NCBI GenBank assembly: GCA_964016885.1
Contig: OZ024743.1
Location: 31,124,001 to 31,188,000 of the forward strand
From: Eledone cirrhosa
Lineage: Eukaryota
Reading direction: 5' to 3'
DNA length: 64,000 nt
The notes under the pieces were generated by a model, which saw only the letters and a program-made list of their open reading frames with translations, ran no database searches and was not told the origin of the DNA. Below are positions 25,901 through 38,076 of this stretch, one piece after another. Both the position numbers and the translations under genes were made by a program. The stretch's first letter is position 1, and each line of letters opens with the position of its first letter.

Positions 25901-27717
25901 ATTAATTGTGGAATTTTTCAGAGTGACTCTTTATCACCGCTTTTATTCTGCATCGCACATATACCATTAAGTAAAATGCTCAATGAAACAAAACATGGAT
26001 ATAAAGTCTATGACAAAACCATGAATCACTTATTCTACATGGATGACCTGAAACTATTTGCAAATAAATTATGAACAATTGCAAGGGCTATTGTTCACTG
26101 TGGAGCAGTTCAGTGATGACATTAAAATGGAGTTTGGACTAGGTAAATGCGCCAAAGCAACGTTCACCAGAGGAAAGCTCCTGAACAGTTCAGACATTAA
26201 TCTTGATCGGAGGAATGTGATAAGAGAACTTGATAAAGAGGAAACTTACAAATATCTTGGCGTTTGTGAAGAAACTGAATCAAGCACTCGACAATGAGGG
26301 AAAGGATAAAGAAGGAATGTTACCTCAGAGTAAGAGCAATCTTAAGAACGGGATTGAATGCAAGGAATAGGATCGATGCCATAAACATGCTTGCCATACC
26401 AGTAGTAACCTACAGTTACAATATCATCAATTGGTTAAGCACAGAGATCCGTAGGCTCAATACAAAATTGAGAAATTCTTAACCATGCACAGAATGCATC
26501 ACCCTAAGGCAGATACAGATGGAATATATCACCCTAGGAAAGAAGGAGGATGTAGGTTAATCCAGTTAGATATTGTGTTGAGAACTGAACAATTGGATTA
26601 TGTACATATCTAAGCGAATCACATGATTGGATGATCAAACTCGTTTTGAAACACGAAAGCATCAAAGGATCATATTCCATTACAAAAGATGCACAAAGAT
26701 ACAGTAATGGACTACAAATTTCAGAAGTCCCATTTACTGCTGAAATGGAAAACACAGAACAGGCAAAGCAGGTAAAAGTAACTGCAAAGAAAGAACTGCT
26801 ACAGTAACTAGCTAAGAAATGGCAAGAAAAGCATCTGTATGGAAAATACTCAGAAAGAGCTAATAATCGTGATGTTGACAAAACTTAAACCCATCCTCTG
26901 GATTGAAATCGGAGACTGAAGGACTGATTATATCAGCACAGGATCAGTGTCTGCCAACAGAAAATTACCAAGCCAACATAATAAAAAAGGGATGCAACCC
27001 ATTATGTCGTGTATGTAAAAAACAACCAGAGACCGTTGATCATATAATTTCAATGTGCGGTCCTATAACTCTGACTCAATACCTAAACAGGCATGACAGA
27101 GCTGCACAATACATACATTGGATAATGTGTAAGCGTTTTGACCTGCCCCATTAAAAGAATTGGTGGGAGCATCAACTACATCCCATATTTGAAAAAGATC
27201 ACATCTCAATCTTGTGGAACTTTAGCATCCACACAGACCGAAAAATAGATGCAAATTGACCTGATATAATACTGAAGGACTTTAAAACGAGGGTATACCT
27301 GGTAATTGATGATGTCCTTTCCAATAGACAAGAATGTATCTATAAAAACATTTGAAAAATTGAGCAAGTATAAGGACCTGGAGATAGAAATTGGAAAAAT
27401 ATGGAAATTGAGAATTAAAACAATGCCAGTGGTTGTGGGTGCTCTAGGAATAATCCCTAAGGGGTCTAATGATTACTTATCACAAATTCCAGGAAACCCG
27501 CGTATGGGAGAAATACAAAAGATAGTAGTAATGGGAACTGCCCATATACTAAGGAAGATTCTGTCAATATAAGTGCATCACAAGTCTAAACACCTAAAAC
27601 TGCATGTGTGTGTATGTATGATCTTTCTTGAACATGGCGGACCTTGTTGTCTCTTGAGGTCACTGGTTGTGACTTGCTGATAACTCGTATGAACATAAAG
27701 CAAGATAAATGCAACTG
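22914..27717 (+). mobile_element. R4/Dong-like retrotransposon lineage B, near full length, degenerate
   Basis: 5' UTR, N-terminal KWSRED...IDSNKLANIRRNI, RT WIDYKKAFD / YMDD, CRVCKKQPETVDHIISMC, RLE; tail (TAC)n(TAA)n at 27717-27782. Confidence 0.9.
23942..27572 (+). pseudogene. Lineage B ORF, multiply frameshifted
   Basis: ORF fragments 24360-24776, 24804-25091, 25085-25729, 25769-26074, 26058-26482, 26903-27154, 27306-27572. Confidence 0.85.
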
Positions 27718-27761
<44 letters not shown>

Positions 27762-27782
27762 ATAATAATAATAATAATAATA

Positions 27783-27957
27783 GTTTCTACTTTTAGCACA
27801 AGGCCAGCAATAACCCAGTGTATTACTTGTAGTTTATTTTATCGACCCCGTAGGGGTGAAAAGAAAAATTAAACGCGGCGGGATTTGAGCTCAGACCATA
27901 AAGGGCCATAAATCTTTACTGCACAGCATGGCGTATGACTCTCTACCGATACTGCCA
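27783..27957 (-). mobile_element. S1 tRNA-SINE
   Basis: Same core and head as 1120-1302; its (ATT)n tail is contiguous with the array's terminal (TAA)n. Confidence 0.75.
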
Positions 27958-27972
27958 AAATAACAATAATAA

Positions 27973-28018
<46 letters not shown>

Positions 28019-28027
28019 CATATATAT

Positions 28028-28104
<77 letters not shown>

Positions 28105-28449
28105 ACCGTGAGAAAGAGACGATTATTAGGAAGAAAAATATTTGTTTTTCCTTTTTTGTTTCTCTCTCTTTTATCTGGGTTAGAAAATGAGTAAAACGAA
28201 ATGTTTTACCTTGTGTGAAGTGTTAAGGTATTAGTTGCTTTATTTATTATTTAACAATTCCATTTATTTATCTATTTATATATTAATTATTGTCTATTAC
28301 CGGTTTCAGTATTTTTATGGATTATCAAATGATAGTGAAATGTATTAGTGTGGTGTCGCACATGCTAAACAGAAGGTGCAGAAAGAATAATGTTATTTAC
28401 AAACAATGTTTATCAAGTGAAAAGAAAAAAAGAAAAATGAAAAATGGAA

Positions 28450-28537
<88 letters not shown>

Positions 28538-28538
28538 C

Positions 28539-28602
<64 letters not shown>

Positions 28603-30564
28603 ATTTTTTAATGGACAAATTGTCGATAAAAAGTTTTCAAAATATATTTTATAGTAGTAAAGATTTTCCTCCAATATGATAACTTGAAAATCCAATCTAC
28701 CACTAGAATGACATTTTAATGGATTTTAGATAAATAATCATCTCGTTAAGCCACGTGGAAAATATGACGTTAACACCACTCATGAATGAAGAAAAGATAA
28801 ATTAAATGACGAATTTAATTTTCAAGATAACATTTGTATGCAAAGAGTTAATGCTTGGTAGTTTCAATAACCTCAACCTAAATATCGAGATCTTTATGAT
28901 CGTAATCCATCTATACTCTTAATAGTATTGTTTCTATGAAATCAGTTGTGATGTTTTGTCATTTTATTTCGTTCCTATGCTAACGCTGATTGCACAATCA
29001 CTGACCAAATGTGTAATAGCCATGTGCCTCAAATATGTGTTTGTATCTCATTCATTATATTTTCTAATGTTTCTTTATTTCTGTTGTTATTTGGATCATG
29101 GTTTACATTGGTTGAGCAGAATTATATTCCACACATGTCCATTCCATTTCACTCTCGTGCATTGTACGTCTAGAAGTATAATATCTAATTACACATTTCT
29201 TTTTAAATCATTATGTTGCAGTTTAAGTGTGATATGCTTCTTCTGTGTAGCAGTTGAAATGCCACCTTACAGATCTCTCGCGTTTATATTTTCTGGAACG
29301 CGTGATAGGATAACACCTTTTGTAATCGTATGGCAGTTACAAAAACTCAACATTGATTTATTGTTTCGATAAAATTATACAATGCTGAAATTGAAGTTGG
29401 AGATTCGGAGCTTCAGTAAGATGTATAAGGTGTTAAATTAATTTGCACTTAATTAGCACTCAGTTGTTAAGTGAATTACTGGTAATTATATACGAAGCTA
29501 ATTGATTTTATATATTGATGTGATTTTCATTGTGTGTTTAACATAGGGTTAAACCTCGATTATATGCGTCTATATAATCGTTTCGCCAATGGCAAATATA
29601 TCCCTTCAAAAATAAAGCAAAGGAATGTAAATCATTATGTGGAAAATATATGTAATAATTTAATGAAGGCATGATGAATTTGGTCCCACAAATCATGCAG
29701 TAGATAGTAAATTTCAAAACTGAATGATACTATACAGGTAATATTTCTGGTTGATAGAAATACGATTTTAAACATAGATTTGTTCAAGTTGATGTTTGCA
29801 TCCACACACTCTTATACACACAGAGAGACACAGACACACAGACATACATATATGTATATATGTCGGTATGTGTGTGGGTGTATGTGTGTGTGTGAACAAA
29901 ATTAATGTGTAGATATACAGAATGCGCCACCGTTTCTGCACTAAGGTGTATAAATATACACACCTAACTAATATGTAGACATGTAAACATGTGAGAAAAT
30001 AGGGATGTCACTGTAAATTAAAACATGATAAACACCTTTAACCATCTTAGAATCTAAATTAACTGTTAATAGGAGGCATGCATATCATCCCTTCAGCCAC
30101 AGGGAAGCGTTTATATACATTAGTGAAGCCTTATATCATATATCGTTATTAATTGCCCTCAAGAGCACTAATTGTATGTAAATTGGTACCTCCATCGAAT
30201 AATAGTAAGAGTAAATGGGTGTATATTTCCATTATATACATTTTTCGTTCTGATTGATTGAATAATATACACGCCTTCTAAGGTTTCATTTAGATCCCAC
30301 AATCGAATAAAAGTATTTAACATTTTTTACAGGAAATTCGTATTTTCTGGCATGTTTACATGACTATATGTTAGATATGTGTATATATATATACTCGTCG
30401 GTGTTGTCATGTTTACACAATCTGTATTCATAATGTTATAACATTATCATCTATTTCGGCTGCTAGCATATCCCTAAATTATCAATACATATATATATAT
30501 ATTTAAGATGATCACGCTTAGGGTAAAGCAAGACTGTTTTGTTTAAACTTTTAATCTGTATTAA

Positions 30565-30603
<39 letters not shown>

Positions 30604-30610
30604 AGAAAGG

Positions 30611-30660
<50 letters not shown>

Positions 30661-31371
30661 ATGTAAATATACATACATGCATATATATATATATATATAT
30701 ATATCATAAATTATGTCCATAGAATCATTTGATAAAATATATACACTATTTCCTCTCCCAATTAGCATAATTAACCACATAAAAAATCAATTAGACCAGG
30801 CTATAAGAATAAAGGCTCCTATGAAGAAATAGTTGATAAATAAACGAAAGCAGCCTCTTCGCGGCCGACCGCATTAGAATATTTACCCAACATTTCAACA
30901 GCATGTAGAAATCGACTAAATATACCGTCAACCATACAGAATTAGGTATAAATTTAAAGTTAGAAGAAATGCGTACACTCTTACCGTGATTATGTCCCTA
31001 CCCTGTGGTTTTGTTCGCGTTTTGAGATATCCTCTTAAGGATAAATCTCGAGTGTCGAACTCATCAGGACACAAACTCATAGGACAGTTAATTTTCCAAA
31101 GCGATCGCCGCCAGAAATAGATTAAACAATGGCTAAGAATCGTGACGTGGCTGTGGTCACGTTAGAAAGAATGTGATTAGTTGCTTACGGCGAGTGGGCT
31201 GGTTGCTAGAAAAAGCAGCCCAATATTGCCCAAATTGCATCTCAACCTAATGGGAGATTATTAAATACAAAGCTTTACATATACACGAAGTCACAGATAT
31301 ATATGTGGCATCTACACACACATATACATACACACACGCACACACACGCGCGCGCACACACACACACACGC

Positions 31372-31435
<64 letters not shown>

Positions 31436-31534
31436 AGAAAGAAATATATATATATATGTATGTTTATATACATACATACATGCATATATATACTTGCATA
31501 TATATATATAAATTAGCGAGAATCGCATTTCGGC

Positions 31535-31566
<32 letters not shown>

Positions 31567-31994
31567 AATATGATAATAATGGAGCTGCGGCGCTTCAAAT
31601 CGGTTACATATGAACAAGTTTGTCCTCATTAGTGGCCTTCCAACCGTCGTAGGAATTTCGTCGCATGAAAGGCCATATACCTCAGGTTGGTGCGAGCAAC
31701 GGCTAAAAAAAGTCGTTGGGACACGTAAATAAAGGGGACGCTAGGGTAAACAAACAAAATGGTTTAAGCAACAGAAAGTGATGAAGAAGAAAGAAACAAG
31801 TCCCAGATTTCTATGAATATAAATTCGGTGGAATCGTGAACGAGAGAATAAAGACCATCAAACCTGGTTGAAATGTGAGCAAGGAAGGAATTTCGCACAG
31901 GTCTAACGGGAGGAAGAGGGGGTCTGGACTGCGAATTCGGTAAACATAAGCTCTGTGAAGTCGCAGACGAGAGAGAGAAAAAAATTCATACCGG

Positions 31995-32073
<79 letters not shown>

Positions 32074-33181
32074 ATGTGTGTATGTGTGTGTGTGTGGTGT
32101 GTGTGTATGTGTGTGCGTGTATATATATGTATGTGTAAATGGCAAAGAAAAGCAACGAAGCAAACGACACAGTACAATGTAGATATATATCATTAGTTTT
32201 ATGCTTGATATAGTTAGAAAAGACTCTTAACGTTACCAATGCTAGTCCTTCATCAGAAAATAGAATGAAAAATTAAAGAACAAATAGAAAGGTTGTGGAG
32301 ACGGGCAAACAGAAACGGAAAACCGTTTTTTAGAGGAAAATAAAAGGTCCAATCATGTCATCTCTTGAAAAACTGATGGATTGATGCTTTGTGTATGAGA
32401 TACTTTTTTTGAAGATGTGGTGATGATACGTTTTCTGTGTTTTTGTACGAAAGCGTGGTGGGTTGAAAAAATCGGTAGAGCACCAGATATGATATGAAAT
32501 GACGTTTAAGTTATGGCCCTTTAGTTTTTTAGTTCATATCACGCCGAGGTCAATTTATATTTTATCCTTCCTAGGGTGATAAAAGTATGTACAATTCAAG
32601 CACTGGCATCGAGTTGCTAAACTTTGACGCTACTCTCCACTTGCTGAAATTGAGTCACAATTAAAATAATAAATATTTGTTCAAGAAGTAACAAGTGAGC
32701 ACAATAATAGGTCCCGTATTCTATTTACATTTGAGATATGTCAGCCCTAGATGAGTTAAGCATATGAGGTTATGTATACGAGACAAAATAAGTTGACCAT
32801 AATTTGAAACAAGAGATATGAAATAGATTAGGTAGAATATTTAGGTTTAATAAAATATAGCCTATATAATTGAGTGGTTTATTGGGAAAAAACAGGGGAC
32901 GATCTGCGCTCTATCATGCATGCACATGTTTGGTGATATCAAACAACCTGTGGTCATTAATTTATTAATTTATTAATTTTTTTTTTGTGAGGGAAGCATA
33001 CTACAATAAATTATGCCGAATACCTGGCTGATATACTAGTAAACATTACAAATTCTAACCAAACATTGTTAATCATTGGTATATTGTTATAATCATTACA
33101 CGTGTGAATACGTTTAATAGTAAATAAGCCATAGTATAGTATGTAAAATGATTTCTGTGAATACATTTCTTATATATATGT

Positions 33182-33242
<61 letters not shown>

Positions 33243-33280
33243 TGAGAGAGAGAGAGAGAGATAGATAGAGAGAGAGAGAG

Positions 33281-33507
33281 AGGTAAACACTACTGGTAGG
33301 TAAGATTCGTAGTGGAAGAGCACTCAGTCCATGGGACAAGTGTGGTAGAAGTAGTAACACAACAGTTAGTTCACCATACCGAGAAAATCGTTTCACCTCA
33401 TGCGGATCTTCAGCTACGATTGGTAATGGTTATACGGAACTGGAAGAACAACCGTATGAACGCGAAACAATTGTTCTCAGTATGGTGAACAAACTGTTGG
33501 TTTACTA

Positions 33508-33512
<5 letters not shown>
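33281..33512. mobile_element. P1 PLE-like terminus, imperfect inverted pair
   Basis: Minus arm CTGAAGATCCGCATGAGGTGAAAC; plus arm GAAACAATTGTTCTCAGTATGGTGAAC; homologous to 2498-2642. Confidence 0.55.
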
Positions 33513-33563
<51 letters not shown>

Positions 33564-33674
33564 TTGAAAAAAATGAAAACGAAATTTCATTTCTCACTCT
33601 TAGTATGGCACTTACTTAAATGTAAGTATGTATGTATACGTACATACATATATGTATACAGACGTACAGTAGCA

Positions 33675-33712
<38 letters not shown>

Positions 33713-33885
33713 TATACACATATGCATACAGGTACACATACATATATGCACGCATCAGTTTAGCCGGCGTTTATTATAACGCCGGCCGCTTTGTTCGTTT
33801 GTTTGTCAACAAAGCGAACAGCCTGAATTTATGCCATACGGTGTTAAGGCAACCACGTCACCTTTTTGTTCAACACTGACACAGG

Positions 33886-33930
33886 AACGATGTACTAGTT
33901 TCAAGCTTGTTAGCTATCATCAGCACCGTT
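33886..33930 (-). ncRNA. Minimal type I hammerhead ribozyme (P4)
   Basis: Reverse complement is AACGGTG-CTGATGA-TAGCTAACAAGCTT-GAAAC-TA-GTA-CATCGTT. Confidence 0.8.
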
Positions 33931-34164
33931 TACCCATCTGCCAGATAGTTGAACGTTCGAAAGTATATACTTTCCTTATGAAAATTAACGGCTGAGCAGC
34001 CTAATTTGCATATTGAGTGAGTTAAATCGGTCAGGCATACCGAAAACGATAAGTTGAAAAAAATGAAAACGAAATTTCATTTCTCACTCTTAGTATGGCA
34101 CTTACTTAAATGTAAGTATGTATGTATACGTACATACATATATGTATACAGACGTACAGTAGCA

Positions 34165-34202
<38 letters not shown>

Positions 34203-34375
34203 TATACACATATGCATACAGGTACACATACATATATGCACGCATCAGTTTAGCCGGCGTTTATTATAACGCCGGCCGCTTTGTTCGTTTGTTTGTCAAC
34301 AAAGCGAACAGCCTGAATTTATGCCATACGGTGTTAAGGCAACCACGTCACCTTTTTGTTCAACACTGACACAGG

Positions 34376-34420
34376 AACGATGTACTAGTTTCAAGCTTGT
34401 TAGCTATCATCAGCACCGTT
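34376..34420 (-). ncRNA. Minimal type I hammerhead ribozyme (P4)
   Basis: Identical to 33886-33930, 490 nt away. Confidence 0.8.
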
Positions 34421-34476
34421 TACCCATCTGCCAGATAGTTGAACGTTCGAACGTTCAACTATCTGGCAGATGGGTA

Positions 34477-34521
34477 AACGGTGCTGATGATAGCTAACAA
34501 GCTTGAAACTAGTACATCGTT
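34477..34521 (+). ncRNA. Minimal type I hammerhead ribozyme (P4, inverted arm)
   Basis: Stem I AACGGTG/CATCGTT, core CTGATGA 34484-34490, stem II AGC/GCT, GAAA 34505-34508, palindromic ACTAGT stem III, GUA cleavage triplet. Confidence 0.82.
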
Positions 34522-34694
34522 CCTGTGTCAGTGTTGAACAAAAAGGTGACGTGGTTGCCTTAACACCGTATGGCATAAATTCAGGCTGTTCGCTTTGTTG
34601 ACAAACAAACGAACAAAGCGGCCGGCGTTATAATAAACGCCGGCTAAACTGATGCGTGCATATATGTATGTGTACCTGTATGCATATGTGTATA

Positions 34695-34734
<40 letters not shown>

Positions 34735-34784
34735 TGCTACTGTACGTCTGTATACATATATGTATGTACGTATACATACATACT

Positions 34785-34851
<67 letters not shown>

Positions 34852-34853
<2 letters not shown>

Positions 34854-35044
34854 CGAGGGAAAAGTGGTAAAGAACCGGGTGGACCATACGCACCAAAGTA
34901 CTCAATCTCAATACTTAGGGTAGTAGAGTGGGTAATAGGAGTAAGTAAGACCCCGACGGCTGAGCTCAAGCCGTTTCGACGGCTAATTCTATACAGAATT
35001 AGCCGTCGAAACGGCTTGAGCTCAGCCGTCGGGGTCTTACTTAC

Positions 35045-35048
<4 letters not shown>
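34852..35048. mobile_element. Fold-back PLE-like terminus, family P3
   Basis: Near-perfect ~50 bp arms around 34992; homologous to 3505-3696; (TA)n flanks. Confidence 0.65.
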
Positions 35049-35082
<34 letters not shown>

Positions 35083-35520
35083 CTTCTGTTCCGTTAAGAC
35101 GTAGATATTATGCATCTTGTAGCATATCAGAGAACATATTTATGAATATGTAACACACTATAGTCCTCGATGCTCGGATAAATTACTAGACCAATTTGTA
35201 TTTCATTACAATATTCATTTACATGGCTATCAATGTTTTTTGCAAGATCCAAACGAATAGGAAAATTGTTTCGATTTAGATATCTTCAAATCTCTATTTC
35301 ATCATAATAGTTTCGTGGCTGAAAGAGTTGCATTTTTAAGATATATATTTCATGATATATGTCTTCGTGCTCATCATCAATGAATATTAGAAACCGCTTA
35401 CTTGTGCGTCATTACCAAAGAAATAATAGAAATTTGGCACACTATACTGTCAAACATGAACTTATATATTATTATTAATGTAACATTCTCTTAAATTAAT
35501 ATCCTTTATTATTTAGATAA

Positions 35521-35640
35521 TCTCAGTTCAAATCCCACCGAGGTTGACTTTGCCTTTCATCCTTACGGAGTCGATAAAATAAAGTACCAGTAATGCACTG
35601 GGTATTTGCTGGCCTTGTGCCTAAAGTAGAAACAATTATT
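35521..35640 (+). mobile_element. S1 SINE, 5'-truncated
   Basis: B-box AGTTCAAATCC, core GACTTTGCCTTTCATCCTTACGGAGTCGATAAAATAAAGTACCAG, end GTAGAAACAATTATT. Confidence 0.7.
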
Positions 35641-37705
35641 TAGATAATCTGGGAAGGATTGAGAAAGACGGAAGAAAAAAGTAAAGGCAGTGACAATTCT
35701 TACGATACATTAATTTAAATATACCTAATTCTCTGTTCTGCTAAGATGAAAGCAGTCAGTGCCATTTGGAATTCAATTGTGATGGAAAATTTCAATAACG
35801 CAAATTTTAGTCCTGGGCTTTTTTCTCTTTTATACGTAACTCCTTAAAACAGATTATTGTTTGATGCATTGTTACCAGATATAGAAGTAGAAAGTACATT
35901 TTGGAGCACATGTCACCCCAAACGAATTAAAAGACTGTATAATGTATTATATATTATATATACATATATTTGTTTTAAACATACACTAATGATACTCAGA
36001 TTCTCTATTCCGAATATTAATCGTTTTATCGTTCTCAAGAATCTAAACGTATATTACATATAATATTCCCTAACAGAACATTTAACACAATTATATTAAT
36101 TTTAAGGATTTTACCTATTGCACAAACTACTGCCTGAGTCATTCACATAGAAATATGATCTCATTGGCCTCTGAGATTTAATTCCCATGGCCATATCCAC
36201 ATTTAGCCCTGATCATTAGAAATGATTACTAATTCATAAATTTAATAGAAATATATATAGAATAAATGTTGTTAATAAAATCATGTACTTTCTCGAGAGT
36301 CGCTAATTTCTATCATGCAAAATAAAATTGTCTTATCCTTTTAGCTTGTGTAGTTAATTCTCTTCGCACAAATCGGTTTCTATTATCGGTCTTAATCTAC
36401 GTTGAGATTTTGTCCCGTTACATATAGAACACCTCTTCTAGACTGTTAACGAGCGTCTTACCTCTGTTTCAGGTCACGTGAGGTCGTAACAAATTCAATG
36501 AATGAAGCCCCGAAGACACGAAATACATGAAATGGATTATTAGAGTTACCGTGAAAACAAAACGCTCTGAAATTCCTTGTCTCAAATAAAGCATGTCAGT
36601 TACTGTAACCAAGAGGGCAATAAAGTTTCTATACTAAAGGCAATAGTTTCTCATAGTGCTAAACATTTAAGAAAATTCGATATATACATAAAGTTTTTGT
36701 ACTATTTTTACATTCAGTCTTACCTTTATTCTTATAGATATAGTACACCCTGTATACATACGCATGCACAACTGATACATGTGCATGTATGCGCTCATTT
36801 ATGCTGGCTTATATCAAATGAGATAAAATTGTTCTTCCATACTAATTCTTACTGAAGCACCAGAAGCATTCTGCTTTTATTTTTTCGGCGTATCAGTTGA
36901 TTCAATATTCTAAACTTACATCGGCTATAGATTAGTTCTCGAAGAACATTTAAAAGTTTATTCGTGAAGTCATAAAATATGGTACAATCTCGAAGTTTAT
37001 GTTCTGTTTAAAAGATAGAACCCGCTAGTGAAAAAGATATTAAATTCACTTCTAATTCAACGTGGTTAGACGGATTATAAAATACGATTAGATTTATTAC
37101 ATTCTTGTTGGCAATTCAATTTCTTTCCATAGTAAGTGTAGTGTATATTGAATTTTAACTTGCTTAAGTATTTATCAATTAATTACAATATCGTTCATGT
37201 TAATATTTTGGCGATAACAGCGTGAAATGACAGGTAATTTATGACGATTATGACATTTATTTAAGGTGAAACGTAAATGCCTGAAATTTGCTTGTAAATA
37301 ACGATGTATATAATGGGCCGATAATGCTTCAGTAGGTAGAATTTAAACCAGTTTGTGCTGGTACATTACAGAAGAATCTATGTACATTTGTCTATATGTA
37401 CAAGGCTAAGAATTTCTGGGTAGTTAACTATTTGATCAGACACATTAGTAAAGTGACAGCTGTTTTATCGACACCATATGGATAAAATGAAAGGAGAACC
37501 ACGAAATATTATTAAGGTGGAATACGAAAGACCATAACTATAAGCTGGAAGATATTTTACGACAAAATAATGATACTGACAATCCAAACTTCTATTCTAT
37601 GTAAAGCCCAGAAATGGATAACACGTAAGAATATTTATCACAAAAAGATTTCAAAACTTAAAATATTCAACTCATTATCTCTTTCTCGCTTTTCGTCAAT
37701 CTCAC

Positions 37706-37807
<102 letters not shown>

Positions 37808-38076
37808 GATATATAGATATAGATATATTTATATATATATGTATGTATGTATATATATATATATGTATATATATATAGATATATAGATATATATATATTT
37901 ATATATATATGTATGTATGTATATATATATATGTGTATATATATATATATCTGTGTATATATATATATATATTAAACAAATAATATATAAAAAACAAAAC
38001 CTGTGTATGTGTATGTTTATACGTGTATATGCCTGGGTGTCAGGGAGGGCATGTACATATGTAGGGGGGGGGGGGG

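Larger units (their letters stand above)
33561..34788. mobile_element. Family P4: two 490-bp direct repeats plus spacerless inversion, ORF-less, hammerhead-bearing
   Basis: 33561-33960 recurs at 34051-34450 (period 490); palindrome centred 34448/34449 with ~340 bp arms; (TA)n at both ends. Confidence 0.85.

Noticed and set aside
28956-29372. 138-aa ORF in unique sequence as a possible host exon
   Set aside because: No domain motif, non-ATG start and no supporting splice structure
32140-32270. Minus-strand CTGATGA suggesting another hammerhead
   Set aside because: No properly placed GAAA or stem III; possibly a degenerate PLE terminus but not supportable
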